Of a stretch of DNA of 64,000 nt, positions 18,499 through 28,343 are shown one piece after another. The notes under the pieces were generated by a model, which was not told the origin of the DNA, searched no databases, and worked only from the letters and a program-made list of their open reading frames with translations. The stretch is from an uncultured bacterium. GTDB taxonomy: Bacteria > Acidobacteriota > Thermoanaerobaculia > Multivoradales > JAHZIX01. The position numbers and the translations under genes were made by a program. Each line of letters starts with the position of its first letter. Position 1 is the first letter of the stretch. The DNA is taken from assembly GCA_965368975.1 (NCBI GenBank), contig CBDUPA010000005.1, positions 160,001-224,000 of the forward strand, read 5' to 3'.

Positions 18499-18882
18499 AT
18501 GCGCGTATCCCTCGACGAATTCGAAGAATTAGTAGCTCGGGCGCTCGACAGTCTGCCCGACGAGTTCGCACGTTTGCTCGACAATGTGGCGGTCGTGGTC
18601 GAGGAAGAGCCGAGTGAAGAAGACCTGGCATCTTTGGAGCCGCTCCCTTCAGAGGCCGCGGAAGGAGGGGAAGAGGGGGAACTCTTCGGGCTCTACCTGG
18701 GGGTACCCCTGTCCGAGCGCGATGTCTACTATGGTGCCTTGCCCGACCGGGTGGCGATCTACCGCGGTCCGATCTTGCGCTACTGCCAGAGCCGCCGAGA
18801 GGTGATCCGCGAAGTGCGCGACACCGTCATTCATGAATTGGGTCATCACTTCGGCCTCGACGAAGACGACATGCCGTATTGA
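18499..18882 (+). CDS. minimal zincin-like metallopeptidase (Zincin_1 type)
   Basis: FEELVARALDSLP, LFGLYLGVPL, PDRVAIYRGPI, HELGHHFG. Confidence 0.9.
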   Translation: MRVSLDEFEELVARALDSLPDEFARLLDNVAVVVEEEPSEEDLASLEPLPSEAAEGGEEGELFGLYLGVPLSERDVYYGALPDRVAIYRGPILRYCQSRREVIREVRDTVIHELGHHFGLDEDDMPY

Positions 18883-18899
18883 AGTATGCTGGAGCCGAC

Positions 18900-20474
18900 A
18901 TGGAACTGCTGAGCAAACTTGGAGACTTCCTCTCCAATTTCGTATCCAACTCCCTGGCCTTCATCGTAGTGCTGGGAATCATCATCTTCGTGCACGAGGC
19001 GGGCCACATGCTGATGGCCAAGGCCTTCGGCGTGCGCGTCACGACCTTCTCGCTCGGCTTCGGTCGCCGCATCTGGGGCTTCACCCGTGGCGAGACCGAC
19101 TACCGGGTGTCGCTGATCCCGCTCGGTGGCTATGTCAAGATGGCCGGTGAGCTCCCCGGCGAGGATCTCGACGACCCCAGCGGCTTCAATAACAAGCCGC
19201 GCTGGCAACGCTTCCTGGTCTACCTCGCCGGACCGGCGATGAATGTAGCCCTGGCGATCCTGATCGTCGCTGGCCTGTTCATGGTCGGTCTGCAGCTGCC
19301 GGGCGGCGACCTGCCGCCGGTCATCGGAGCGGTCGAGGACGGATCGTCGGCCGAGGCACAGGGTTTGCTGCCCGGCGATCGCATCCTAGAGGTCAACGGC
19401 CAGGACGTCGATGGCTGGACCGAGGCCGAGCTGCTGATCGTTGGGGCTCCTGAGGGGCCCGTGGCCTTGGCGGTCGAGCGGGACGGCGACGACAGCGACG
19501 CGACGCGGCGGCTGGAAGTCGAAGTGACGCCGCGCAAGCTGGAGTGGGACGGCAACTACACCGATACCGCCGGCCTGTTGCCCCAGCAGCTGGCGAGCAT
19601 CGCGGCGCTCAGCGAGGGCATGCCGGCGCAGCGCGCCGGTCTGCAGGTGGGCGACGAGATTCGTGCGGTCGATGGCCGGCCGATGGTCAATTCGCAGGTG
19701 TTCATCGACTACATCAATGCGCGCCCAGAGCAAGAGGTGCACATCGAAGTGATGCGCAGCGGTGAGCGCCTGGAGTTCGTGCTGGTGCCCGAGAAGCAAG
19801 CCAGCGGCATCGGCATGATCGGCGTTAGCATCGGCCTCTACCAGCGCTATGGCTTTGGTCAGTCGCTGGTGCAGAGCGTGCGCTACAACGTCAATATGGT
19901 CAAGCAGGTCTACTTCGTCCTCAAGACCATCTTTCTCGGTCGTATCGCTGCCGACAAGGCGCTCTCCGGTCCGTTGGAGATCGCCAAGATCAGCGGGCAG
20001 GCAGCCCGCACGGGGCCAATCAGCTTGCTGTTTCTGACCGCGCTGATCAGCATCAACATCGGCATCGTCAACTTGCTGCCGATCCCGGTACTCGACGGCG
20101 GCCAGATCCTGATGCTGAGCGTCGAGGGGCTGATTCGCCGCGACTTGCCGCTGCGGGTCAAGGACATGGTCAACATGGTTGGATTCGCGGCCATCATGCT
20201 GTTGATGGTGGGCGTGATCTTCATGGATCTGAGCAAGTCGAAGACCGTCCAGAGTGTGCTGGGCTTGTTCGGCGGCGATTCTGAACAGAGCGAACCGGCG
20301 GTACCTGCTGCAAACGGGCTCTCTGAGGATGGGGCTTCTGAAGATGGAGCCGTCGAAGTGGAGACTGAGGCTACTGCATCTGAGGGCGCTTCCGAGGGCG
20401 CCATCGACGAGGACGCCGGCTCTGAAGACGCCGAGAGCAGTGATGCCCCACCGCCGGAGGTGCCGACTCCGTGA
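18900..20474 (+). CDS. rseP: RIP metalloprotease RseP
   Basis: HEAGH, IPLGGYVKM, two PDZ domains, NLLPIPVLDGG; extra acidic tail. Confidence 0.95.
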   Translation: MELLSKLGDFLSNFVSNSLAFIVVLGIIIFVHEAGHMLMAKAFGVRVTTFSLGFGRRIWGFTRGETDYRVSLIPLGGYVKMAGELPGEDLDDPSGFNNKPRWQRFLVYLAGPAMNVALAILIVAGLFMVGLQLPGGDLPPVIGAVEDGSSAEAQGLLPGDRILEVNGQDVDGWTEAELLIVGAPEGPVALAVERDGDDSDATRRLEVEVTPRKLEWDGNYTDTAGLLPQQLASIAALSEGMPAQRAGLQVGDEIRAVDGRPMVNSQVFIDYINARPEQEVHIEVMRSGERLEFVLVPEKQASGIGMIGVSIGLYQRYGFGQSLVQSVRYNVNMVKQVYFVLKTIFLGRIAADKALSGPLEIAKISGQAARTGPISLLFLTALISINIGIVNLLPIPVLDGGQILMLSVEGLIRRDLPLRVKDMVNMVGFAAIMLLMVGVIFMDLSKSKTVQSVLGLFGGDSEQSEPAVPAANGLSEDGASEDGAVEVETEATASEGASEGAIDEDAGSEDAESSDAPPPEVPTP

Positions 20475-21424
20475 GTACGGAATCCAGCTTCACGCCGGAG
20501 ACGGGACCCAGTGGCGCTGCCAGAGGACCCAGTGGCGCTGCCAGAGGACCCAGTGGCGCTGCCAAGAGACCCAGTGCCAGAAAGAGCCATCCGGCCGTAC
20601 GTTTCCTGCTGCGCTGGGGAGGGCGGCTGGCCTACGTAGGCCTGCTCGGCGTGCTCTTCGTGCTCGCCGGATACTTCGCCTTCAGCTTCTTCGTGCGCAG
20701 CGGCGTCACGGCGGCACCGCAGCTCGGTGGCGTCTCCGAGGCGGAGGCGCGTGAATTGCTGGCCAACCGCGGCCTCGACCTGCAAGTGCTCGAGGCAGGC
20801 GAATTCGACCCCGAGATTCCCGCCGGGCACATCGTACGCCAGGACCCGCCGGCACGCACGCTGGTCAAGCGGGGGGGCGACGTGCGCGTGCTGCTGAGCC
20901 TGGGACCGCAGGTGCTGCGGGTTCCCGACCTCAGCGGGCAAACGGCCCTGGCGGCGCAGATCGAACTGTCGGCTGCCGGCCTGGTGCCCGGCCGCACGGT
21001 CAGCGTGCGCCAGGACGCCCTCGCGGGTACCGTCGTCGGGCAGAGCCCGGCAGAGGATGCCGCGGTGGCGCCGGGTACAGTAGTGGATCTGCTGGTGTGC
21101 AGTGCCGACCAGAGCGGGACCTTCGTCATGCCGGACCTGATCTACCGTGACTACGAGACCGTGCGCCGCTTCTTCTCGCAGCGCGGCTTCCGGCTCGGAC
21201 GTGTCAAGTACGACACCTACCCCGGCATCCGCGAGGGCGTGATCCTGCAACAGTTCCCGCGCGCCGGCAATCCGCTACGGCGTCAGGATGCGATCTCCCT
21301 GGAGGTCGTGCGCAATCAACTGTCACGAGGAGTGGAGGAGGCCGAGAGCCCCGAGTCGGCAGCCGCGGTTTCGACGCTGCCCGAGGCGCCTACGACACCC
21401 ACCTCGCCAGGAGGTGACACATGA
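20471..21424 (+). CDS. PASTA-domain membrane protein
   Basis: TM helix followed by three PASTA repeats (VPDLSG, MPDLIY, QDP/QSP/QFP motifs). Confidence 0.88.
   Translation: MSTESSFTPETGPSGAARGPSGAARGPSGAAKRPSARKSHPAVRFLLRWGGRLAYVGLLGVLFVLAGYFAFSFFVRSGVTAAPQLGGVSEAEARELLANRGLDLQVLEAGEFDPEIPAGHIVRQDPPARTLVKRGGDVRVLLSLGPQVLRVPDLSGQTALAAQIELSAAGLVPGRTVSVRQDALAGTVVGQSPAEDAAVAPGTVVDLLVCSADQSGTFVMPDLIYRDYETVRRFFSQRGFRLGRVKYDTYPGIREGVILQQFPRAGNPLRRQDAISLEVVRNQLSRGVEEAESPESAAAVSTLPEAPTTPTSPGGDT
20504..20581 (+). repeat. 21-bp tandem repeat, 3 copies plus a partial, encoding GPSGAAR
   Basis: GGACCCAGTGGCGCTGCCAGA at 20504 and 20525, variant at 20546, partial at 20567. Confidence 0.9.
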
Positions 21425-22161
21425 GCGAGCGAGTTAGTTCCCGTCGCTCACGGCCGGTCCTCATCGCGCCGTCCATTCTGTCGGCCGACCTGGCCGACCT
21501 GGCTTCGGCGGTCGAGCTGTGCGCGCGCGGTGCCGCCGACCTTGTCCACTTCGACGTCATGGACGGACACTTTGTGCCCAACCTGACCTTCGGCATTCCG
21601 GTGCTGGCGGCGCTGAAACAGCGCACCGAGTTGCCGATCGACGTTCACCTGATGGTCGAAGACCCGGATCGCCTGCTCGACGAATACCTGAAAGCCGGTG
21701 CGGCGCGTGTCGCGGTGCACCAGGAAGCCGCGGTGCATCTGGACCGTACACTGAATCACATACGCTCTGCCGGCGTCGCCGCGGGCGTCGCGCTGAACCC
21801 GGCAACGCCGGTGGAAACGCTGCGCGACGTACTTGATATCGTGGACTTCGTGCTCCTCATGTCGGTCAACCCCGGCTTCGGCGGTCAGCCTTTCCTGCCT
21901 TACGTGTTGCGCAAGGCCGAGCGGCTGTGCCAGCTGGCCGAGGCCAGCGGAACAGAAGTCGAGATCGAGATCGACGGTGGCATCAGCCCGGCGACCGTCG
22001 GGGCGGCTGCCAAGGCCGGCGTCGACACCTTCGTGGCTGGCTCGGCGGTGTTCGGAACTTCCGATCCCGTCGCGGCCATGGACGACCTCCGGCGCTTGGC
22101 CCTCGCCGCCCGCGGGCATGGACATCTAGCCGCCAACGAACCAAGGAGACTGGAATCTTGA
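21421..22161 (+). CDS. rpe: ribulose-phosphate 3-epimerase
   Basis: IAPSILSAD, HFDVMDGHFVPNLTFG, DVHLMV, MSVNPGFGGQ, IDGG. Confidence 0.97.
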   Translation: MSERVSSRRSRPVLIAPSILSADLADLASAVELCARGAADLVHFDVMDGHFVPNLTFGIPVLAALKQRTELPIDVHLMVEDPDRLLDEYLKAGAARVAVHQEAAVHLDRTLNHIRSAGVAAGVALNPATPVETLRDVLDIVDFVLLMSVNPGFGGQPFLPYVLRKAERLCQLAEASGTEVEIEIDGGISPATVGAAAKAGVDTFVAGSAVFGTSDPVAAMDDLRRLALAARGHGHLAANEPRRLES

Positions 22162-23027
22162 AGAGGGATGCATTGCGTTGTCTGGGACCGCTGTTCTTGG
22201 TGCTGCTACCGCTGGTAGCACTGACCTCGGGCTGTGGTTCGAGAGAGGATCCGGTTCTCTCCTTGTCCTCGGAAGAGGCCTTGAACTTGGGCAAGGAGCA
22301 GTTCGAGCGCGAGAAGTGGTACCGCGCTCGTCGATACTTGACTCACGCCTTCGAGATCGCGCCCAACTCGCCGGGTGGTCGGGAGGCTCTGCTGCTGGCG
22401 GCCGATACCTTCTTCATGCAGGGCGGTGAGGCCAACCTGATCCAGGCAGAGGCCAAGTACCGCGACTTCCTGGCCCGCTTCCCGACCAGCAACCGCTCTG
22501 ACTACGTGCAGTACCAGATCGCCAACTCCCTGGCGCGCCGCATGGAGCGTCCCGACCGAGACCAGACGGTCACCGAGCGGGCGTTGCAGACGTATGAGGA
22601 ATTGCTGCAGCTGTATCCCACGAGCGAATACGCGGCGCTGGCGCGCGAGCAGATCCGGGTAGTGCGTGACCAGCTGGCGGAGCATGAGTACACGGTCGGC
22701 GACTTCTACTTGACCTACGGGCTGCCGCCGGCCGCGGCCAAGCGTTTCGAGGGCATCCTGGAAGAGTACCCGGACTACAGTCGCAAGGAGCGGCTCTACC
22801 TCGATCTCGGCATCGCCTACATCCGTAGCGCCAGGACCGACGAGGCGGACGAGATCTTCCACCGCTTGAAGCGAGAATATCCAGACAGCGAGTACATCGA
22901 CGACATCCCTCATGACGACCTCGAAGAGATGCGCAAGCGGGTTGCCGAGGCCAACGCTGCCCGAGAAGCCCGAGAGGCAGCCGAGGCGGCGGCAGATGCA
23001 TCCACAGAGGAGGAGGCCGAACCATGA
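22158..23027 (+). CDS. bamD: outer membrane protein assembly factor BamD
   Basis: Lipobox TSGC, FLARFPT, PDRDQTVT, LAEHEYTVGDFY; TTG start overlapping the rpe stop. Confidence 0.9.
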   Translation: MKRDALRCLGPLFLVLLPLVALTSGCGSREDPVLSLSSEEALNLGKEQFEREKWYRARRYLTHAFEIAPNSPGGREALLLAADTFFMQGGEANLIQAEAKYRDFLARFPTSNRSDYVQYQIANSLARRMERPDRDQTVTERALQTYEELLQLYPTSEYAALAREQIRVVRDQLAEHEYTVGDFYLTYGLPPAAAKRFEGILEEYPDYSRKERLYLDLGIAYIRSARTDEADEIFHRLKREYPDSEYIDDIPHDDLEEMRKRVAEANAAREAREAAEAAADASTEEEAEP

Positions 23028-23884
23028 ACTCGATCGAAGTCACGAAACCCGAGGCTGTTGACGCCCGCACGCGTGTCTGGACGCGGTGGCTACGCCCGTT
23101 GCTCTTGGCGCCCCTGATCGTCCTGCTCGGCGCCTGCTCGGGCGCTCTACCCGGACAGCAGGACCCCGAGCTGGCCTCGGAGATTCGCAACTTGCAGCGG
23201 CGTGTGCTCGAGCTCGAGAAGCAGTCGCGCGTCAACCAGGTGGAGCTGTCGCGCGTACGGTTGCGTGTGGCTGAACTGGAAGCGCGTCGCGGTGGACCGG
23301 TCCGCGGCACCGAGTCGCCGAGGCAGGAGACGCCGCCGTCGAGCCCCCCCGCCACGCCACCGCGATCCTTCGCCAGCGAACCCTTGGAAGAGGAAGACCT
23401 GGAGGCCGTCTCCTACAGCCCGCCGGCCGCCGACTCACCATCGCGTCCGGGCACCTCACCTCCGACGGGTGGTTCCTTGGCGGGGAGTGCTAGCGCCGGG
23501 GCCACGGGAGCCAGTGCCCAGGAACTCTACGATCGCGGCTACACCCTGTATCACCAGGGCCGCTATCTGGATTCCGAGTCGACCTTTCAGCAGTACCTGC
23601 AGCAGCATACAGATACCGATCTGGCCGATAACGCTCAGTATTGGATCGGAGAGAGCCGCTATGCTCGTAAGGACTTCCAGGGGGCCCTTGCTGCGTTCGT
23701 CGAGACGGTAGACCGCTATCCGCAGGGCAACAAGGTGCCCGCGGCTCTGCTAAAGGCCGGACAGTGTCTGGAAGAACTCGGCGACCTCGACACCGCACGC
23801 CAGACGTACCAGCAGTTGATGGAGCGTTTCCCGAACAGTGCCTCCACGGTCACCGCGCAGGAGCGCCTGGCGGCTCTTCGTTGA
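23024..23884 (+). CDS. ybgF: tol-pal system protein YbgF/CpoB
   Basis: Lipobox LGAC, coiled coil, LADNAQYWIGE, YPQGNKVPAALLK. Confidence 0.92.
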   Translation: MNSIEVTKPEAVDARTRVWTRWLRPLLLAPLIVLLGACSGALPGQQDPELASEIRNLQRRVLELEKQSRVNQVELSRVRLRVAELEARRGGPVRGTESPRQETPPSSPPATPPRSFASEPLEEEDLEAVSYSPPAADSPSRPGTSPPTGGSLAGSASAGATGASAQELYDRGYTLYHQGRYLDSESTFQQYLQQHTDTDLADNAQYWIGESRYARKDFQGALAAFVETVDRYPQGNKVPAALLKAGQCLEELGDLDTARQTYQQLMERFPNSASTVTAQERLAALR

Positions 23885-23945
23885 GCTTGACCGAAGAATC
23901 TACGAGGAATTACGCTTTCACCGAGGGAAATTCCCGCTTCCAGCC

Positions 23946-23974
23946 TTGACGTCAGGCGAATTTGCGGATATTTT
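23946..23974 (+). promoter_or_regulatory. sigma70-type promoter upstream of the LysM gene
   Basis: TTGACG-N17-TATTTT. Confidence 0.55.
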
Positions 23975-24046
23975 AGTCATAGCATCTCGTCTATACGCAG
24001 CTCCGACGAGCCTGCTGTGGATCCACCGAAACGGAGCGTTGAAAGT

Positions 24047-25336
24047 ATGGCTGATTTTCCAGCGTCCAACCGGCCACCGCGGCACCTTGCCCGGTACCTG
24101 TCCCAAGTCTCTCGCTTCTGCATGGGTGCGGTACTTCTGTGTGCCGTGACCGTCGGCGTAGTGACGAGCGGTGCTGCTCACGCGCAGCGTAGCGCACCGC
24201 CGCGGGACCTACAGAATGTTGGAGGTCATTGGACGGCGTGGCAACCGCCTTCGGCCTTCCCGGAAGGCGCCCAGGTCTACGTCATCGAGTCGGGGGACAC
24301 CCTGTGGGCTCTGGCGCAGCGCTTCTACGGCAATCCGTATCTCTGGCCGCAGGTGTGGGAACTGAACCAGTACATCCGCGACGCGCACTGGATTTACCCC
24401 GGCGACCCGCTGGTGGTCGGCATTGCGGTCATGACGCCGGAAGAAGTCGCCCAGGCGCAGCTCGAAGACGAAGCGGCGACAGCGGGTGAAGAAGGACCGG
24501 GCGAAGAGTTGAGCACGCCCGCGAGCGAGAATGTCTTCGGCATTCTCAGCCTGGACGAGGCGCTGGGTGATCTCGATCCGCTGGGCCTGTCGTCCGACAT
24601 CTACTGCGCTGGCTACGTCGGCGAAATGGAAGAAGAGTTTGGCTATTCCATCATCGGCTCTGAGCACGACGTGCAAGCACCGCAGATCGGTGGCCTCGCA
24701 GACCGCGGTAACGTCGCCAGCCAGGGCCTCTACGGCGCCCTGGACAGCACGCGCTTCGCCCTCAGCGAAGGTGACATCGTCTACATCGATGGTGGTCTTG
24801 CGGCCGGTTTGGCGGTAGGACAGCGTTTCGCCATCGTGCAGCCCAAGGAAGTGGTCGATCACCCGCGCACGCGCCAGCTCTTCGGCCGCTACTACGGCTA
24901 CCAAGGGCAGTTGCGGGTGCTGTCGGTGCAAGAGACTACCGCCATCGCCGAGATCTACCAGGCGTGTGACAGTATTTTCATCGGTGACTTCCTCAAGCCT
25001 TATGAAGAAGAACCAGTGCCGGTTGGTCAGGTCGGCGACCCGCGCCCACCCAACTATCCCACCGCAGCCGGTGTGCTCGCGGATGCGCCCGTCATCTTGC
25101 ACTCCAAAGACGGGGTGGTCGGCCTGGGTCAGAACCAGGTTGTGTTTGTCGACCGCGGCGAAGAGGAGCTTCTGCCTGGTGACATTTACACGGTCTACCG
25201 CGAGAACGTCAACGGTCTTCCGCCGGTTGTCCTCGGCGAGCTGGCCATTCTTTCGGTGCACCCACGCTCCGCGGTCGCTCGCATCCTCGAGTCCCGATAC
25301 CCGATCTATCTGGGTGACCTGCTCGAGCTGAAGTAG
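24047..25336 (+). CDS. LysM peptidoglycan-binding protein (TsaP-like)
   Basis: GDTLWALAQRFYGNPYLWPQVWELNQYIRDAHWIYPGD, followed by beta domains (GDIVYID...G.LRVL). Confidence 0.85.
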   Translation: MADFPASNRPPRHLARYLSQVSRFCMGAVLLCAVTVGVVTSGAAHAQRSAPPRDLQNVGGHWTAWQPPSAFPEGAQVYVIESGDTLWALAQRFYGNPYLWPQVWELNQYIRDAHWIYPGDPLVVGIAVMTPEEVAQAQLEDEAATAGEEGPGEELSTPASENVFGILSLDEALGDLDPLGLSSDIYCAGYVGEMEEEFGYSIIGSEHDVQAPQIGGLADRGNVASQGLYGALDSTRFALSEGDIVYIDGGLAAGLAVGQRFAIVQPKEVVDHPRTRQLFGRYYGYQGQLRVLSVQETTAIAEIYQACDSIFIGDFLKPYEEEPVPVGQVGDPRPPNYPTAAGVLADAPVILHSKDGVVGLGQNQVVFVDRGEEELLPGDIYTVYRENVNGLPPVVLGELAILSVHPRSAVARILESRYPIYLGDLLELK

Positions 25337-25473
25337 GTTCGCCCCCCTCCAGCATCCACCGCGCCGAGGCTGCATTTGTCGTGGCGCCCTCCGGCCATCT
25401 TTGCTATCGTGGTTGGATCGCAGCGCGCCCAAGACAATTTTGCAGAGTCGGATGCTCGGAGGGAGGAATCGCC

Positions 25474-25734
25474 GTGACTCGAACGACTGAAACGCTCAAC
25501 GGCAGGTTGACCAGTCTGGTCGAAGAAATTGTCAGCCGGGGGCTGACTCTCGATCAGGCGCGGCGCGAGTTCGAACGGCAGTTCATCGTCACCTCCCTGC
25601 GCCAACACGAAGGCAGCATCGGTCGCTGTGCCGATTCGTTGGGCATGCACCGGAACACGCTGCGCAACAAGCTCTCCAACCTCGGGATCCACCAGCGCGA
25701 TTACAGTGCAAGGCGTCAATCTCGTCGTCGCTAG
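25474..25734 (+). CDS. small Fis-type helix-turn-helix protein
   Basis: ARREFERQFI...SIGRCADSLGMHRNTLRNKL; GGAGG RBS before the GTG. Confidence 0.88.
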   Translation: MTRTTETLNGRLTSLVEEIVSRGLTLDQARREFERQFIVTSLRQHEGSIGRCADSLGMHRNTLRNKLSNLGIHQRDYSARRQSRRR

Positions 25735-25850
25735 CGCCAACTTGACACCTGCAGCCTCTCCCGCCAGTCTCTATCCGCTCCGACCGACTGTGCCGAAAGC
25801 CCGGTATCGCAAGGCTTCTCACCCCATCTGCCCCCTCTCGCCCGTGAAAC

Positions 25851-25866
25851 TGGCACGCATCTGGCA
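25851..25866 (+). promoter_or_regulatory. candidate sigma54 (-24/-12) promoter
   Basis: TGGCACG-CATC-TGGCA against consensus TGGCACG-N4-TTGCW; one mismatch, with GG and GC correctly spaced. Confidence 0.45.
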
Positions 25867-26024
25867 ATGAATGTCTTTGCTGGCAGGGCTGTATCCAGAT
25901 CAGCCTGAACCCCTCGACGAGCTACGCCAGCCCCACATTCAGACCTGCGGCGCGCCACGTCCTTCCCATCCACCCCACTTCTCTCCGGCGCACCGCTTGC
26001 CCAATACCGCGGAGCAAACCAACC

Positions 26025-26735
26025 ATGAAAACGAGAACCAAGCACTGGCTGCTGTGTATCGCGCTCAGTACGACGTGCATGCTCTTCTTGCCCCTCCTGT
26101 CGTCCGAGACGACAGAGAACGTGGAACTGGTCGCGAGTCCGCTCGCTTCCGATGAGATGGAAACCCTAGAGCAACTCTCCAGCTGGGTGACCGACGAAGG
26201 CCACACCCAGGGTCTTCGCCAGGCGATCCGGGAACGCTCGGAGGCTTTCGAGCTCTTCCGCAGCCACCTGGGGCCCGAGGCCAACCGTCAGCGTCTCGGG
26301 GACCTGCCGTACGGGCAGGAGATCTTCGAGACCGCCGAGCGCTACGGCCTCGACAGCATGCTACTGGCGGCCCTGGTCGAGACCGAGTCGAATTTCCGGG
26401 CGACGGTAGTGTCGCCCAAGGGAGCCGTCGGCCTGACGCAGGTGCTGCCTTCGACCGCTTCCCTGATGGGAGTGCGCGAGCAGCTGACCAACCCGCATCG
26501 CAACCTCGATGCGGGTGCACGCTACCTCAGCCACTTGCTGGAGCGCTTCGACGGCGACCTGGAGTTGACTCTGGCCGCCTACAATGCCGGTCCCGGCAGC
26601 GTTGACCGCTATGACGGCATTCCGCCGTACCAGGAGACGCAGCGCTACGTCGAGAAGGTGCTCGACATCTACGTCAGCCACTACCAAGAAGCGTGGCAGA
26701 CATCCGCCGTCAGTGAGCTGCTGACCATCGAGTAG
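26025..26735 (+). CDS. lytic transglycosylase (SLT domain)
   Basis: ETES catalytic motif, GAVGLTQVLP, AAYNAGPG, PPYQETQRYV. Confidence 0.92.
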   Translation: MKTRTKHWLLCIALSTTCMLFLPLLSSETTENVELVASPLASDEMETLEQLSSWVTDEGHTQGLRQAIRERSEAFELFRSHLGPEANRQRLGDLPYGQEIFETAERYGLDSMLLAALVETESNFRATVVSPKGAVGLTQVLPSTASLMGVREQLTNPHRNLDAGARYLSHLLERFDGDLELTLAAYNAGPGSVDRYDGIPPYQETQRYVEKVLDIYVSHYQEAWQTSAVSELLTIE

Positions 26736-26800
26736 GCCGCAGTCGTCGAATGAGCCAGCCAGCCGAGTCAGAAGCTCGGCGCTGCGGGTGATCTAGAACG

Positions 26801-26824
26801 GAAAGGGGGCGATCGCCCCCTTTC
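26801..26824. terminator. bidirectional intrinsic terminator between the convergent SLT gene and tatA
   Basis: Perfect palindrome GAAAGGGGGC-GATC-GCCCCCTTTC. Confidence 0.75.
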
Positions 26825-26830
26825 GTGCGT

Positions 26831-27052
26831 TCAACTGGCGTTCTTGCCGTCTTCCAGCCGCTCGGAGTCGTCGTCCTCGAGGTTCCGCATGCTGCGGCGG
26901 AAGTTGCGGATCCCCTCGCCCAGTCCCTTGCCGATTTGAGGCAGACGGGTCGAGCCAAAGAGCACGAGGACGATCAGGAAGATGACGATCAGCTCGGGGA
27001 CGCCGAGTGTCGGGAAGAAGGCTGCGAGGATAGAGGTTGCCGGTGAGGGCAT
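26831..27052 (-). CDS. tatA: twin-arginine translocase TatA/TatE
   Basis: LGVPELIVIFLIVLVLFGSTRLPQIGKGLGEGIRNFRR. Confidence 0.95.
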   Translation of the reverse strand: MPSPATSILAAFFPTLGVPELIVIFLIVLVLFGSTRLPQIGKGLGEGIRNFRRSMRNLEDDDSERLEDGKNAS

Positions 27053-27168
27053 GATGGATCTCCTGTGGCGCCGCGCGGCAGGACTGCCACGGCTGGGCGT
27101 AGTAGATGATCAGTCTACCGCATCACCAGCCCGAGGTGTCCCAGGTGCCTCACGAGCTTGCCAGCTGG

Positions 27169-28236
27169 TCAAGTTCGGCGTTCGATGGCCGAACTCCAGG
27201 CGCGCTCCAGCGCCGTGCTCAGGTCCCCAGCCTCTGGCAATACGCTCAGCTGGTCGAGCGCGCGGCGCAGCGTTGCCGGGATGCGTTGTAGGTGGTGGCC
27301 TGAAGCGGCATAGGAGCCGACAGCCTTGAGTGTGCGTTGCACGGCTGCCAGTCGGTAGGAACGTTCGAGGCCACTGCCCTCCTCGACTCCCGCGCGGCGC
27401 AACAGTTTGGCCTCGACTGCTGGCGGTGGTAGCAAGGTGTCATTGAGGAGCGAGGCCAGGTCGTACACCGGGGGGCCCGGACGTAGGTCTTGATAGTCGA
27501 TCACCGCCAGATCGCCAGGCCGAAGTTGGTGGTCGACGGCGGAAGTCACTGGCGCTAGCGGTACCAGGTTGCGCACCATGAAGTCACGGTGGCAGGTGGC
27601 CGGGGGCATTGAGTGCAGTTCACCGATGATGCCGTCGAGGAAGGCCTCGAAGTCGCGTGCCAGGCCGCTGTCTGGTAATAGGCCGCGAGCGTCGAAGAAG
27701 GTGAGGCGCGTCTGCTGTAGCTCGCGGCTCAGTAGGTCTGCGTTCAGCGGTTCGCAGCCCAGCTCTGCAGCCTGGGACAGTGGCAGAGAGGCGATGCGAC
27801 GGGCGGCTTCGAGGGCGAGGACGAACCAGGGCCGGCGCCGCGTCCAGATCTCCGTCGCGGGGCCATGGTCGGAAATCTCGGCAGCCGAGAGCGCCTCGTG
27901 CAGCACCGACGGCCCGAGGTCTTCGAGCAGCATGAAGCGGGACTCGACGTCCGTCTCCAAGATCCGCGGCACCCGCACGCCAGCACCGTTCAGCAGGTCG
28001 GTCCCGCGTTTGAACCGGCTGTAGGCGTCGGACAGCGTCTCGGGGTAGACGGCCAGCAGGGCGGTCTCGTTGCCACCGCCCCGGTGCAACCGGAAGTAGC
28101 GCCGCGCCGAGATGTCGCCCGTCAGCGGCTGCACCGTCGCCTCCTGCCAGCCGCATGTGGCCATCCAGTCATCGAGATCGGGATGGGTACCATTCCCGGT
28201 TGGACTCTGTCGCGTGGGAGCTGCGGCCTGCGTCAT
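27169..28236 (-). CDS. aminoglycoside-phosphotransferase-family kinase (AmgK-like)
   Basis: LTGDISARRYFR, LLEDLG, CHRDFMVRNL, VIDYQD, YDLASLL. Confidence 0.85.
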   Translation of the reverse strand: MTQAAAPTRQSPTGNGTHPDLDDWMATCGWQEATVQPLTGDISARRYFRLHRGGGNETALLAVYPETLSDAYSRFKRGTDLLNGAGVRVPRILETDVESRFMLLEDLGPSVLHEALSAAEISDHGPATEIWTRRRPWFVLALEAARRIASLPLSQAAELGCEPLNADLLSRELQQTRLTFFDARGLLPDSGLARDFEAFLDGIIGELHSMPPATCHRDFMVRNLVPLAPVTSAVDHQLRPGDLAVIDYQDLRPGPPVYDLASLLNDTLLPPPAVEAKLLRRAGVEEGSGLERSYRLAAVQRTLKAVGSYAASGHHLQRIPATLRRALDQLSVLPEAGDLSTALERAWSSAIERRT

Positions 28237-28343
28237 GGCGCGGCAGACTACCACGCGCCGTGTACCACTCGTGGCTTCCCAGGCGGCAGAAGCGCGGCAG
28301 AAGCGCAGCAGAAACAAGGCACCCGCGCAGTACAATTGGTTCT

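Noticed and set aside
20504-20581. Possible CRISPR array
   Set aside because: Units are directly adjacent with no spacers, in frame within a CDS, and no cas genes are present.
25780-25820. GAAA loop plus CGCAAGGC resembling a c-di-GMP-I riboswitch
   Set aside because: The GGCAAAC-type 5' element and a convincing P2 stem are missing; an Rfam scan would settle it.
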